This document shows positions 37,701 to 52,700 of a stretch of 64,000 nucleotides of DNA, one piece after another; position 1 is the stretch's first letter; each line of letters starts with the position of its first letter. The notes under the pieces are model-generated. The model did no database searches. It saw only the letters and a list, made by a program, of their open reading frames with translations, and was not told the origin of the DNA. Source of the DNA: Mizuhopecten yessoensis (taxonomy: Eukaryota); the NCBI RefSeq assembly GCF_002113885.1, contig NW_018404492.1, positions 2,588,506 through 2,652,505 on the forward strand, read 5' to 3'. The position numbers and the translations under genes are program-made.

Positions 37701-40700
37701 ATCACTGTGTATTACAGTCACAGAAATATACCTACTGTATCACTGTGTATTACACTCACAGAAATATCATATCACTGTATATTACAGTCACAGAAATAGA
37801 TCTACTGTATCACTGTGTATTAGATATATTTCTGTGACTGTAATACACAGTGATACAGTAGATATGTTATTTCTGTGACTGTAATACACAGTGATACAGT
37901 TGATATGATATTTCTGTGACTGTAATATGAAATGTAATATTTAACAGTAGAACCTCTGTTTTACAGATAAACAGTTCTGACGTTAATGCCCAGCCTGGTC
38001 AGGACATCATACCAAGGTCTGGCACCATCTCGTTCAAGGACGGAGAGACCAAGAAATACATAAAACTCGAGATATTGGCAGATGACGTGAGCATATTACA
38101 CACAGACATGTCACCAAAATAACTTTTTTTGAGTTCCTCCACATTGAGCCTATTTTAGGATTAAAGTACATTAGTGTCTTTTGGTCTGTTAAAGGCTTGT
38201 GGTTATTATTCATTCTCCTTTTGATGGCCTACACTAAAAATTTTGAGCCAAGTTTGGACAAATATATACTGATGAAAATCAAGGTCCTTGTTCTATGGCA
38301 CCAATGTAAACATTTGTAGTAAGTATGAAAATTCTTCCCCTACCTACTGACTCAAAGATTGCTAGAGTGTAAAATGAAACACACACAATTGTTTGGGCTT
38401 GATCAATTCTTGTTTATGTGGAAAAAGCGGAGTTCATTGCAAAGTATATACATTGCGCAAAATTTATTCTCATCTATGTTTTTTCTTAGATGGTACTACA
38501 TATAGAAATGTGGTAAAGTAACAATGATTTGAGAATCAAACTTTAAAATTCTATTAATATTGTACACTTTCATGAACTCAGTTTCCGGAAAATGATGAGG
38601 CATTTGAGGTCAAATTTACGAAAGCTTCCCAGGATGCCCGAGTGTCCACTACTCCTCAGACTGTAATCATCATGGCTAATGACGCTCCAATACGATTCAA
38701 ACAGGTGAGGATATTTTCTGGGGCGTATTGTTTAACCTCATTCTTCATATCATCACTTTTATACGGCTTGTGCTTTTATAAGTTATGAAAAATGTCTGTG
38801 AAAGTTGTCTTTTCGTAATTTAAATAAGATACAACAATAAAATTTATATCGTTTCAGAGGGAATACTTATTGATGAAAATCTATTTCTTCAATAAATACT
38901 GTGTTAAAATAATATTCAAAGTGATTACCTGTTGTTAAAATGATCTATAAATATTATGATGTGCCAAATATTACAACATGGCTGTGTGTACATATTGATA
39001 AAATGATACGTAGCCACACTGACAAATAAACATCAGTCCACCTGAAGAAGCCCAAGAAGGCAGAAAGGTCCAACGGTCAATCTTGGATACTTATTATTTT
39101 ATTCTATATATGTTACAGAGTGAAATTCGTGTTAAGGAGGAAGAAAAAGAGATCCTGGTTCAAGTTTACCGAGGCATTGATAGTGATGGGTCAAATGTAG
39201 GGTCATTCGGTGCGATAGCCTCTGTAGACTACATTGTAACCCCAGACACGGCCAGAGCTGAAGTGGACTATCGTGGAGGAAACGGTCAGGTGGTATTTGG
39301 GATCGGAGAAGTAGAAGGTACAATCAAGATAACCATAATAGATGACAGTGATCCAGAGGTAGAGGAGAGTTTTGACATCACCCTGAGGACATCTGTTGGT
39401 GACGTAGTATTGATGCCCCCTACTAAGATCCGGGTTATCATCAACGCTAACGACGAACACAACGGCATTCTCACATTCTTTTCGCCAGATTCGTTAACCC
39501 CGCCTCTGGTGAAAGTTAATGAGGATAGCTTTTTCACCTATGCTGTTTACAATATTCTGCGAACAGCCGGTACATTTGGTACAGTGACAGTTCGCTGGGA
39601 AGTATATAGAAATGACAGTGAGACTGGCGACGTTAAGGGGGACATAACTCCAAGCGACGGAGTACTTGTGTTCCCTGAGGGCACAATTCAACAGGTCATT
39701 AACATTACAGTGAACCAGGACACCATCGCAGAACCGACTGAAAGATTTGTGGTACACCTGATAACGGGCAGTGTCACGGGCGGTGCTAACGTGGAGGGCA
39801 TTACTTATGGCGTCCTTGTCATTGAGGACAGTGACTTCTATTACGGCACTGTGGAGTTTGGGTCGGAATTTGATCAGAAAATTGTCATTGTACGTAATAT
39901 TTTAGTGTATCTGATTGTTTTTTACTCCTAATTTCATTGTTTGTGTTGTACAAATTGCAGAATATGTTATTGTACTTCAAAGCCTCATTATATTGCCATC
40001 ATTTGTTCACCCAAATTTTGGTGTCATTAGGGGTTTGATGTTTAGCTCCTTTTCAATGAAAGTGTTGACAGAATCATGCTTTTTTTAACAAACATTTTCT
40101 AGTTTGTCTCTAACATCTGATGCCATTTTTATTAACTACAGAAATTTGGTATTTAGTTTTTGCGTGTGGATTAAGTTAATGAAAAATAAGTGAAAGTTTT
40201 CTCGTGGTAAAAAATTGTTAAATAATCATTATCTTTGTTATTTTTTCTAAGATGTGTTTCCTTTTTTCCTTTGCAGACTACTAGCCCACGCCACTTACAA
40301 CTGATGTTGACTAGAACAGGTCTTAACCGGGGTAATCTGATCATCAACCTCACTGTCACCTACACTGGAGATCCTGGGAATGACTTAGGTAAGGATATAC
40401 AATTAACCGTTAAATATGTTCCAACCATTATAATTGTTTAACTTGGTTGATGAAAGTGAAATAAGGTTACTTGATTCTAGGATTTGTAATGTGTCAACAG
40501 TATGGTTAAACTGCAATCTAATGCCACAATCAATTTGCAACCTCCATATCCCCTATCTCCTTTGTTTTTTTACCAATTCCTTTATAAAATGCCTCATCCA
40601 GACCCTTTTGTAAGGTTTCTTTTAAAATCTCTATGATATATTTGCAGCTGTTTTGGAGAAAACTGACTACACAGTAGAGTTTGCTGTGGGCCAGGCTAAC

Positions 40701-43700
40701 CGTATTGTTCAAGTGCCTCTCCTATCAACTGCCTTCCTCCAGGTCGGGGGTGTGTTTGTCGCCAGGCTGAAGGGAATAGAACTCCAGTCAGGTTTGTTCT
40801 GTATCATAGGATCTAACAAGCTCTGTATGTTTCAGAGAGGACTTGTCAAGTTATCACACAGGCTTTGAACATATATTTATTGATATACAAGCCACCAAAT
40901 ATCCTCTTATTTATTTGAGATAATATTTTAAAAGCTTTGAGAGAAAAATTTGGGAATTGTTTGGAAGAAAATATAAAAAAAAGATATTGATAAGAAAGTG
41001 ATTCATTGTTATGTCATTTGACCAATGTTAATTTTCTTCCGCATACAGTCCCTAGCCTGGGAGCATATAACAGTCCTGTGTTTGGGTCAAGAACTGAACT
41101 GAACATACCGGTCACTCTCATTGAGGCCAACGGGGAAATAGGGTTCCACAGCACGGCAACAGCGACCATCAATGAACCGGACACAACACCCTACCAGGTC
41201 AGATCACTACGTACATTGAGAGAAATAACTGAAATGAGTTAATAGGTCTCTGTTAAATCATCATCTGACAACAGGTATCATCATCTGACATCAGGTATCA
41301 CCATCTGACAACAGGTATCACCATCTGACAACAGGTATCATGGACTGGGTTAACAGAATATCACCATTATGATATTGCATGCACTATATATATTAATAGT
41401 ATTTATAGTAATATATTGCAAACTGATGCCATACATTTGTCTTCTGACCATTATTTGCCGTATATATCTTGCAATGAGCCCTAGGGGTCTAACACATATA
41501 ACTCGGAAAGAAGTAAGGTGGGCTTATTACAGGATAATGAAACAGAATTTGTTGACATTTCTACTGACCTGCTGTATATATGAAATGGGTGAGCTTATTA
41601 CCAAGCATGGATTTATTTCCGAATAAAGACTGTAAATTCAAGATCAATGATCATGAACTATATATGACTACTACATTTGTTTTAGGTTTTAATCGAACTG
41701 TTGTATTTCTGCACTCAGAGTAAGGCTGATGTGAAAAAAAAGGAAATGGAGATTGTTTCTTCTTAATTGGAGGTGACCAATCTTAAAAACTTTAAATGCA
41801 TCATTTAAAAGTTAGCACTAACACAATTTTCATCAGTGAATAGCATAATATCTAATATTATCATCAATAGGATGTTCTGTGAAATAATTTGTTTTTAGTA
41901 AAACTGGATATGTAGATCCTAAATGTGACTTTTGTATTTCAAACTGTGTTTGGTAAATTAATGTTTTATTATTTGAAACAAACAGGTGTTACTTCAGCTG
42001 ACAAGGGAGGGTACAAGTGGTCAAGCGGTCATCAGCTGGATGCTGACCGGGTCAGCCACAGTAACTGCCTCAGACACTGGTCCAACTTCAGGAACCATCG
42101 TCATGGAAAGTGGTGTGTTAGAAAAGTTTGATAAATTAGCCAAAATGTTTAATGATCTAATGAAGTTTTTAGCCAGACTTCCAAGAATCATCTGCTATAT
42201 ACTCACATTTCTCAGTGGCATTGACTTTCTCGTCCATTTTCTCCACTTAATTCTTGACCTCAATGCCCTTAAGTTCTCATTGCCAATGTCCATAGAAGAC
42301 TTGTTCTTTTTTCTTCTCCTGGATCTCTTTCTTGGCTCATTCATTTCTTTAGCATTAGGTTAACTCTTCAACCTTGAAGACACATTTAAACCAATTTCAA
42401 CCAATTCAAATGTTGAAATAGTTCATTATGAAATTACATGGATGTTTGATGCATACTTACGAAGATCGAGATTAATGCGATGCATTCATTAATTGAAATT
42501 TCTTCAGTTTAGTAATTTTCCCGTCCTTGTGTTTCCAGGAAAGTCGGAGGTCACTTTGATCATACCTATAATGCCTGACAATGAACCAGAGTTGGAGGAG
42601 GAAATAACAGTGACCTTGACCTCCGTGTCTCCCTCAGATACGCAGCGTCTCAAGGACACAGCATCTCGGGTCAAAATTATAATCCTAGAGAATGACAATC
42701 CTGGTGGAACCTTTCAGTTTGCAGCCTCCATGCAGAGTTCTTATCTTGTTGAGGTAATTATTGATCGTAACCACTAAAATCAACTCTTCATTTTAGCACT
42801 AAATATGTTTCTTTTAACAAATGCATTTCAGTGTTGTTGATATTAAGCAAAGTTGTTTAGAAGTGTTTTTGCACCAACATATTGAATGGTATCCTTTTGA
42901 CAGTGTGTATTTATAATGTACCATGCACTATCTTATCACATAATTTCCCGATCATTTTCCTAGCATGTATATATAAACCCTGAACCCTTTGCCCTGGCAC
43001 TTGTCACCTGCAAATATTATATAAACTCCAGGAGGACCATCCATTGCAGCAAAAGAGATGTGTACATATTTGTTCAGATGCAGTTTTTAGATAATAGTAA
43101 TTTCCAGTTTATTTCTTTTATCAGAAACTGAAAATGTTTCAAACTGTTTATTGACGTTGATTCTGAAGATCAGCTTGACATGAAATGTAGCCGCTGGTAT
43201 CATACATTGGGTGTCCCGTAGATTTAAAACTTTGTAACTAACTTCTTAAACTCTTGATGCTAAATGACTGAATTTAATAAAAGTAATAAACTTGTATCAA
43301 AGTCATCTTATTTGAAGACACAATGTAAAATATCTAATGACCGGCCCTTTCAAAGGATTGAATTATGGTATGGCATTGTCTGTCTGTGAACATTTTATTT
43401 AGACGACTACTACTTAAGTTTCCATCAGATTACGTTAAAACTCATTAGGGTCTACTACGTCAGATGAAGTTATTCATATCGACCCATTCATGACTTGTAG
43501 AGTTATTGCCCTTTGTGTACTAAGTTATCTCAACCGCTCTCAGTTTCCATTTGATTTCTAACAAAGCTTGATCGGATTTCTCACTACCATTTTTGGATGT
43601 GCATTTGGCTTCAACATATTGATCCAATACTGTTAAGTGGATTACAGCCTTTTGCACTTTGATCATAACAAAATTGCACGGTTAAATATAGTCTTTCAAT

Positions 43701-46700
43701 TTCCATACAATTTCTTTGTGTACATGTTTACCTTAAGCACATCAAATTTTTCCACACAACCAACCTGTTAATTTTCAACTGATACTATACTATACTATCA
43801 TTTATTCCAATTTCGTTTTTTGAGAAGAAAGATACCACCTGTTCCTAATGTCTCTTAGTTGCAAAGGTTTATTAGATTTTCAAGTGTGTTGCCAGTCTTC
43901 TAGTACTCAAATATAGGATCTTATGAATAGTTATATGCACATGTATATTGTTTTATAAATAAATACTGTTAGATAACAAGAGTATTGCAAAGTGTAACAC
44001 ACACTTCGGGACCGAAGGGTTGCGTGTTCAAGTCACGGCATGTCACTGTGTTGTACCTTTGAGCAAGATTCTTTACTCCGCTTGTTCCAGTCTACTCAGC
44101 TGTAAATGAGTATGTGGTTGGGCAGTGCTAGAATAGTTGAATGCTAGCTGTTAGCGCCGAAATAGCAGCTCCGGCTGTATGCTCCCCAGGGAGTTGAGAA
44201 AGATATTGGCTGGTTGCAAAGGCCATATAACCATGGATAATAATTTATGAACCACTTTGAGACGACCTATGAACTAGGTTATAATAAAGCGGTATTTTAG
44301 AACCTCAAATTAATTATCATTATTATTATCCTCACATCCTTTACAGGAGCTTACTTTAGGTAGTAAAGAGGTGAGTATGCATGCACTGGCCGAGGATTTC
44401 ATAGTCTTTTTCTTACCTCCTGATGTGGCTATTATAGTGAGGCTGTGGCTGAAGGGAAATGGCTTTAGTGATAGTGTTTTTGTAAATTGAAGCCTAATTT
44501 ATAGATTTTGGATATTATCTTCCTTAGTAAAAAAGCAAAGAAAAGATTTTTAGTATCTTCTCCAATTGCGTGTACTCTTTCCTGCAGTAGTTTCTAAACA
44601 ATATTTGCAGCTTTTGAAAGATGACATGGTAGGCTAACATAAAACAAGCTTCTTTTAGTAATTTAGATGAATTTTATTTCAGGCATGCTTCTTTTAATTT
44701 GTGCATGAATGAACATATAGAATTTTAAATGTCAATCTTAGAACTGCATTGTCCACATGACAGCAGGCTTTTTGTGGCTTTCTTGATCAGAGATCCTGTG
44801 TATTTGGTTACCATATGAAATTAGAATAAAATAGAAGATATCTTTCCTGTATGTAGTTAGAATCTGTGTATGATAAAGCACAACTTTAATTATATCCCAT
44901 TGAAAAAGAGTGGTATTGGAAAAAAAAGAGAAAATGAAAGTATCAAAACATGAAATTAATCGAAATACATATTTATTAAAAAAGAAAAGTTACTGATTGT
45001 ATAATCATGCATGTTGATCTATTGTGGAAAGGACAGGTAATCTGGTAACACCTCATTTGATTGATATTTAATTACTTACAATTACTGAGGTAACCAGTGC
45101 CATTGATTTGAAATATGTTTACTAACAATCCTTACTATTATTTTCATTTAAAAATATTCACACAGGTAGTGACAATTTTCTGAATTAATAATAATCAAAG
45201 GCAGATAAAACATTTTGACAGAACCTCCTCATGCTTGTGAAACTGGATGACTGTAGTATCCTTAAACATGTATGTTTTTTCACATTCTGTATTGTTGTTT
45301 TGTGTTGTAGGAGGGCAGTGCAGCTATCGATGTGATAGTGGAGCGGACAGGTGGAGACTTCATCACCCGATTTGTCCAGTACACAGTCGAGTCCAACGGT
45401 TTGGACGATGGTGCCGATGAATTCTTCGGAGCAAACAATGTTCTTCGGTTTGATCCTGGTGTTAGGTTTAGGAATTCTACCCTACTGGCAAAGATGGACA
45501 ACGTCCCTGAGGTGAGTACCGTACTCCAGTACTCACATTCCATGCCCAGGTGTTCAAGTCTTGCTTAGTTCTTGGATTTATAATCACAAATATTAATTTT
45601 AGCTAATGCTTTTCATCAAGACAGAAGTTATTTTTAAGCTAAAATTGTTTCTATATAGCAACTCAGATTTATTTTCTGAAAGTACGAATTCAAACTCAGA
45701 AATATCTCAAATATTTTCTTTAAAACCTTTAGTTCATAAAACTTTGGAAAAACTATGCCCAAATGGTGAGACTCCATTTCTGCTTTCATTTTCTGACAAT
45801 CAATATTTCAAAAAATTGAGGAATTCAATGATCTGAACTAAGAATATATTTTAATACAGATATAAAATAGAATAAAAAGGGAATAGAAAAAATATTAATC
45901 AATACACATTTTTTATATCTGATTCTTAATTATAACTTATAGAAGTTTGATATGAAATAATGAATACAACACAATACTAAAAAAAAATAAAAAAATAAAA
46001 AGTGATTTGTACACACAGAATTATTTATATCAACAAAATAGAAAATTATATTGACATTATGTAATAGGAATTAATTGTCTGAGGAAAATATTACAAAGTT
46101 CCATGACAAAGCATCCCCTACCTGTCAAAGAGGATAACTGTATATTCTACTCAACATCAAAAAGTCATTGACATAGCAAAATTATCTAACTCTAAGTTCC
46201 ATCTGTTTTATACTGGATGTAGGTGGTGTGTGTTAGAGAATTTTATCTTGTTTTCCAGAAATTAGAGAGCTTTGTTCTCCGACTACAGACCTATGGCAAT
46301 GTGTCGGCCTCCATTGGAGCCAAGTCGAGGATTCTGGTCAACATCTCGGCCAATGATGAGCCCTTTGGTGTAATACAGTTCCCAAATAACTCAAACACCT
46401 TTGTGATAGGTAAAGATCAAACAGAATTTACTTTGTTTAAATTTGTTATTGTGTTCTAAGCAAATGTACTTGAAGCTATTAAATTGTTCTTTTTGTAAAA
46501 AATATAATGATGTTAGGATTGTAGTATATTGGAGTTGGTAAAGACATTTATAAATTTCTTTAAATGCTACGTTCTAAGGTTTGGTTTTAGTAAACTTGTA
46601 ACTATCATTATTAGTGCCCTAGTAACTATCATTATTAGTGCCCTTGTAACTATCATTATTAGTGCCCTAGTAACTATCATTATTAGTGCCTTAGTAACTA

Positions 46701-49700
46701 TCATTATTAGTACCCTAGTAACTATCATTATTAGTGCCCTAGTAACTATCATCATTATTAGTGCCTTAGTAACTATCATTATTAGTGCCTTAGTAACTAT
46801 CATTATTAGTGCCCTAGCTACTATCATTATTAGTGCCCTAGCTACTTTATAGGAATGGGGCGACTAAGGATAGAACTATATTTGCCTTTCTTCTTGTACA
46901 AGTGATAACTTCAAAGTTAGGTTTTTTTGTGTTGTTAGATAAGGATGCATCATGGCATTATATTGTATATCTTCTTGTGTTTGTTTGGCGGATAATTTGT
47001 GAATATTTCATAATGAAACTTCATATTCCGTAGTTTAAGATTACTGCCAGGGATCAATTTATTAGAGTCAAGTGTTAGGCTTTATCTGGGCAATGACTTT
47101 GGTGGGTGGGGGGGTTGATAATGTGTGACAAAATGTTCACAATGTCACGGAATAACAAATGTTGTGTCTTCTGGTAATGATGTATCACGACTGTATAAAG
47201 TTTTGTGTTTGGAAATGTGTATTATAAACAAGTCCTTAATGAAATGAGGATTGAGAGAGAAATGGAGTAGTGTGATATAGAAAGACAGAATTTATGCATA
47301 ATTTCTCCTCCTCTTCATAAAATTGAAATACTAAAAATAAAATGTTTGATAGTAGCAAGTGTTACGTTAAAATAAAATTTCCATCAACAGGTGAAAGTAA
47401 GGTTTCAGATTTACAAGCGATGTCCATCCAAGTGGAGCGAGCCCGCGGGATGTTTGGAACAGTCGTGGTCATGTGGACCGTTGATCCTATGGATAATTCT
47501 GACCTGGTACCAACAGCAGGCTCTATAACCTTCGGTGAAGAACAAAACCAGGGCTTTATCAGGGTTGAGTCTGTGCCCGATGAGGTATGGTTGCTTGGTA
47601 ATTTCCATGTTGATACCAAAAGAAGATTTAATTCTCTCAAGATTAAATATAACTTAATAGCTCAAAATCTGAAGATTTATTAATACCAAGTCATTATTTT
47701 TTCCCATAATTGAGACTTATGAGGGAAGAAAAATAAGGAAATAAATAAAACTTGCAATTTTGATTCCATCAAGTGATTTAATTTCTATTGATTAGAATCC
47801 GTATTTAGAAAAAAACACATACATGCCAATATTTTGCTTACAGTTCCCAATTTGATATCAAAAGTTTGCTATTTCAACATTTTAAATGTGCAGGAACTCG
47901 CATCCATATGAATCAGACTGTACTGGAAATCAGTGGAATGCTTGCTGAAATTGATATTCCAGAAATTGGAGAAATCATACTTTGTATTGCTTTAGTGCAA
48001 AAGCTAGATTAAAATCATGAATTAATAGAATGTTATTATATTGGCAGCCAGGGTACATATTGTGCTGTATGAAGTATAATTTTGACAGGGATGTTGATAT
48101 TATATCACTGCAGATCCCAGAGCAGAGTGAACCGTTCCTGATAAAGTTGGTCTCGGTGACGGGAGGCGCCAGGATTGGAGCTCACAACACTGTCACTGTC
48201 ACTATCATGGAGAACGATAAGCCCGTCTACATCGCAGGTAATCTACATATTATACTTTTCATTCTATAAATTGCCACTGAAATACATGTTTAAGTTTTAG
48301 ACTACATTTCAGTCTGAAAGAGACTGTGTGAAATGGTGTGTTTTTACTCTTCACCACAAAAGAAATACACTAGAAGAAAAGAATTTTTATCAAAGTAAAG
48401 ATCTACCATTGGAAGTACTATACAGGCACCTGACACAAAAGTGCAACCATACATAAATCATCTACACATTTTATAAAAACTGCCTATTACGGACACCTAG
48501 ATCTTACATCCAATGAAACGCACCAAGTGAAGGTTTCAACATTTATAGTAAAATAATAACACTATCTATTATGCATGTATGTTTGCAGTAGGATTTTATT
48601 ATATGTGAAAAACTGGAGAATAAGAAACATTGATTTGATGTGACGTTAATAATTGCACAGTCAAATGACATGATAAAGCAAACTGATGAATTATTCTGCA
48701 ATGAACTTTACAGAGAATTTGATGTACTTGCCTAATGTTGAATATATCAAAACATGTACTGTCATCCTAGATTGTAGTAAAAAACTACTGTTTTGACAGT
48801 TTGCAACCTTTTTTATCTTGTTTGTTTCTACCTTTCTTCTACTATGCAGCTATTATGTTGGGTTTTGAGTCCATTCTGTACATGAGTGCGATTTTGATCC
48901 CAGTCATTCACTATCGTCCCAAACGGTCCGATGTAAACTTTGGTAAGGGATCGCCTTATAATATCACCTATTTTGGGCCTGAGGACATTCCCTTCATACA
49001 GTTTACTTACATCAACTCTATAAAATCTCTCCCTTGCTGGCTGTCGAAGTTGAGTATTTATGGTGTCTAGAGGTGTTGTCTTGCCAGAATTGTCTCCCCT
49101 TACATCATTGATCCTTGTGGTGGCTGTGTATTGTTTGCTTCATCTTGCCTTCAAGCTTCTACATATCTTCAATGGTGGTATTGGGATAAATTTCATTTAA
49201 GTTATCAACATATTAACACAAATCGGACGATACTATAAAAAGACAGACTACGTTTATCCAGATATTCTTTGTAAAAGACATTGCAAAATGTTTTACAGCT
49301 TTGTTTTAAACATAACATGATACTATTTTAAGGTTGAACAAATTTTTCTGTCAATTTCTGACAAAGAGTGATGCAATTGTGCTGTTTTTACAGAACATCC
49401 TCAGTTTTTGACATTGTGTATTGCGTAAGCAGCATCAACATCAGCTATACAACAATTATGATAATAACATTTAGGCTTATTACATTTACATATACACCCC
49501 ATCCCTGGATGTTAAATTTTAAAGAATGCCACATCAACATAAGTTATTTTTGCCTTGGCATGTCACTGAGAGATTTTGTCGCCAATTTATTGTAACTTTT
49601 GTTGAAATACATCACATTATGCTTTGCCGATATTTTACAAATATCAGGACAGGACACACTGAAACTCATATTGTCTTCAACGTAAGTAATTTTGTTCACC

Positions 49701-52700
49701 ATATGACATGGAACATAATTGATTTAATTGTGATGAATTGTGATGTCCATGGTGTGATATGTATTTAAATGGAATAGCCCTTACAAATAATATCAACATA
49801 CTACATCACATTCTGGACAACTTTCAAATTGCATGGGAATAAACAGTGTGGCAAAACATGAAATTGTCTTAAAAGGGAATAAACAGTTTGGTAAAACATA
49901 AAATTGTCTTAAAAGGGGATAAACAGTGTGGCAAAACATGAAATTGTCTTAAAAGGGGATAAACAGTGTGGCAAAACATGTAATTGTCTTAAAAGGGAAT
50001 AAACAGTTTGGTAAAACATAAAATTGTCTTAAAAGGGGATAAACAGTGTGGCAAAACATGAAATTGTCTTAAAAGGGAATAAACAGTGTGGCAAAACATG
50101 AAATTGTCTTAAAAGGGAATAAACAGTGTGGCAAAACATGAAATTGTCTTAAAAGGGAATAAACAGTGTGGCAAAACATGAAATTGTCTTAAAAGGGAAT
50201 AAACAGTGTGGCAAAACATGAAATTGTCTTAAAAGGGAATAAACAGTGTGGCAAAACATGAAATTGTCTTAAAAGGGAATAAACAGTGTGGCAAAACATG
50301 AAATTGTCTTAAAAGGGAATAAACAGTGTGGCAAAACATGAAATTGTCTTAAAAGGGAATAAACAGTGTGGCAAAACATGAAATTGTCTTAAAAGGGAAT
50401 AAACAGTGTGGCAAAACATGAAATTGTCTTAAAAGGGAATAAACAGTGTGGCAAAACATGAAATTGTCTTAAAAGGGAATAAACAGTGTGGCAAAACATG
50501 AAATTGTCTTAAAAGGGAATAAACAGTGTGGCAAAACATGAAATTGTCTTAAAAGGGAATAAACAGTGTGGCAAAACATGAAATTGTCTTAAAAGGGAAT
50601 AAACAGTGTGGCAAAACATGAAATTGTCTTAAAAGGGAATAAACAGTGTGGCAAAACATGAAATTGTCTTAAAAGGGAATAAACAGTGTGGCAAAACATG
50701 AAATTGTCTTAAAAGGGAATAAACAGTGTGGCAAAACATGAAATTGTCTTAAAAGGGAATAAACAGTGTGGCAAAACATGAAATTGTCTTAAAAGGGAAT
50801 AAACAGTGTGGCAAAACATGAAATTGTCTTAAAAGGGAATAAACAGTGTGGCAAAACATGAAATTGTCTTAAAAGGGAATAAACAGTGTGGCAAAACATG
50901 AAATTGTCTTAAAAGGGAATAAACAGTGTGGCAAAACATGAAATTGTCTTAAAAGGGAATAAACAGTGTGGCAAAACATGAAATTGTCTTAAAAGGGAAT
51001 AAACAGTGTGGCAAAACATGAAATTGTCTTAAAAGGGAATAAACAGTGTGGCAAAACATGAAATTGTCTTAAAAGGGAATAAACAGTGTGGCAAAACATG
51101 AAATTGTCTTAAAAGGGAATAAACAGTGTGGCAAAACATGAAATTGTCTTAAAAGGGAATAAACAGTGTGGCAAAACATGAAATTGTCTTAAAAGGGAAT
51201 AAACAGTGTGGCAAAACATGAAATTGTCTTAAAAGGGAATAAACAGTGTGGCAAAACATGAAATTGTCTTAAAAGGGAATAAACAGTGTGGCAAAACATG
51301 AAATTGTCTTAAAAGGGAATAAACAGTGTGGCAAAACATGAAATTGTCTTAAAAGGGAATAAACAGTGTGGCAAAACATGAAATTGTCTTAAAAGGGAAT
51401 AAACAGTGTGGCAAAACATGAAATTGTCTTAAAAGGGAATAAACAGTGTGGCAAAACATGAAATTGTCTTAAAAGGGAATAAACAGTGTGGCAAAACATG
51501 AAATTGTCTTAAAAGGGAATAAACAGTGTGGCAAAACATGAAATTGTCTTAAAAGGGAATAAACAGTGTGGCAAAACATGAAATTGTCTTAAAAGGGAAT
51601 AAACAGTGTGGCAAAACATGAAATTGTCTTAAAAGGGAATAAACAGTGTGGCAAAACATGAAATTGTCTTAAAAGGGAATAAACAGTGTGGCAAAACATG
51701 AAATTGTCTTAAAAGGGAATAAACAGTGTGGCAAAACATGAAATTGTCTTAAAAGGGAATAAACAGTGTGGCAAAACATGAAATTGTCTTAAAAGGGGAT
51801 AAACATTGTGGCAAAATATGAAATTGTCTCAAAAGGGAATAAACAATGTGGCAAAATATGAAATTGTCTTAAAAGGAAATAAACAGTGTGGCAAAACATG
51901 AAGTTGTCTTAAAAGGAAATAAACAGTGTGGCAAAACCTAAAATTGTCTTAAAAGATAAACAGTGTCGCAAAACATAAAATTGTCTTAAAAGGGAATAAA
52001 CAGTGTGGCAAAGCATAAAATTGTCTTAAAGGGGAATAAACAGTGTGGCAAAACATGAAATTGTCTTAAAAGTTCTTAATAAAAGCACAATGTTAGATTA
52101 TTACATTCTAGATGGGATATTACCCCAGAAGCAAGACGTTCCATTTGGCTTAAACAAAAAATAAGTTCTGACCATTTTTGCACCATTTTACTCTATGGTA
52201 ACATGACATCATTATTCATGCTCAGCCTCATTTTGTCTACCATTGTTATTCAAGGTTTTTCGGGAAGCAAATTGAACATTGATATCATGGGGTAATGATG
52301 TGTGATATTTAGCAAGAAATATATATTATATTTAAAGGACATTGTAGGTATGTAATAAAAAGAACACTACACCTATATTCCTCTGGCAACTCAAATTGTA
52401 CTCGTAAAATAAATCAATAATGGCAGTGTCCTTATGCACTCTGAGACATCGAAAGAACACATATGTATAGTATTGCTAATTAATCTTTCAACCTATGATT
52501 TATCGTAAGGCTTATGTATACCTCCAACAATGAAAATGTATTAACAGTTTAAAACGATCAGTTCAATTATGATTTGAATATGTAAAGTTAATTTCTTAAC
52601 TTAATATTATTAATAAAAACCTACTGATTTAACATCTATTTTAAGGATACATATATGATGAAGTTGTATGATACGTTGAAGGTAAGAAAATGTTTACTGG

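Noticed and set aside
34106-37878. Many overlapping ORFs on both strands (YYSHRNIISTVSLCITVTEI...)
   Set aside because: Translations of the 41-bp satellite; one orientation simply lacks stops. No domain or splice support.
46529-46852. Hydrophobic repeat ORF (VTIIISAL)n and its antisense
   Set aside because: Product of a 24-bp intronic minisatellite; ADGRV1 exons 13 and 14 join in phase without it.
48800-49330. Slightly GC-richer intronic segment that might be a decayed transposon ORF
   Set aside because: The frames I translated have multiple stops and no motif I can recognise.
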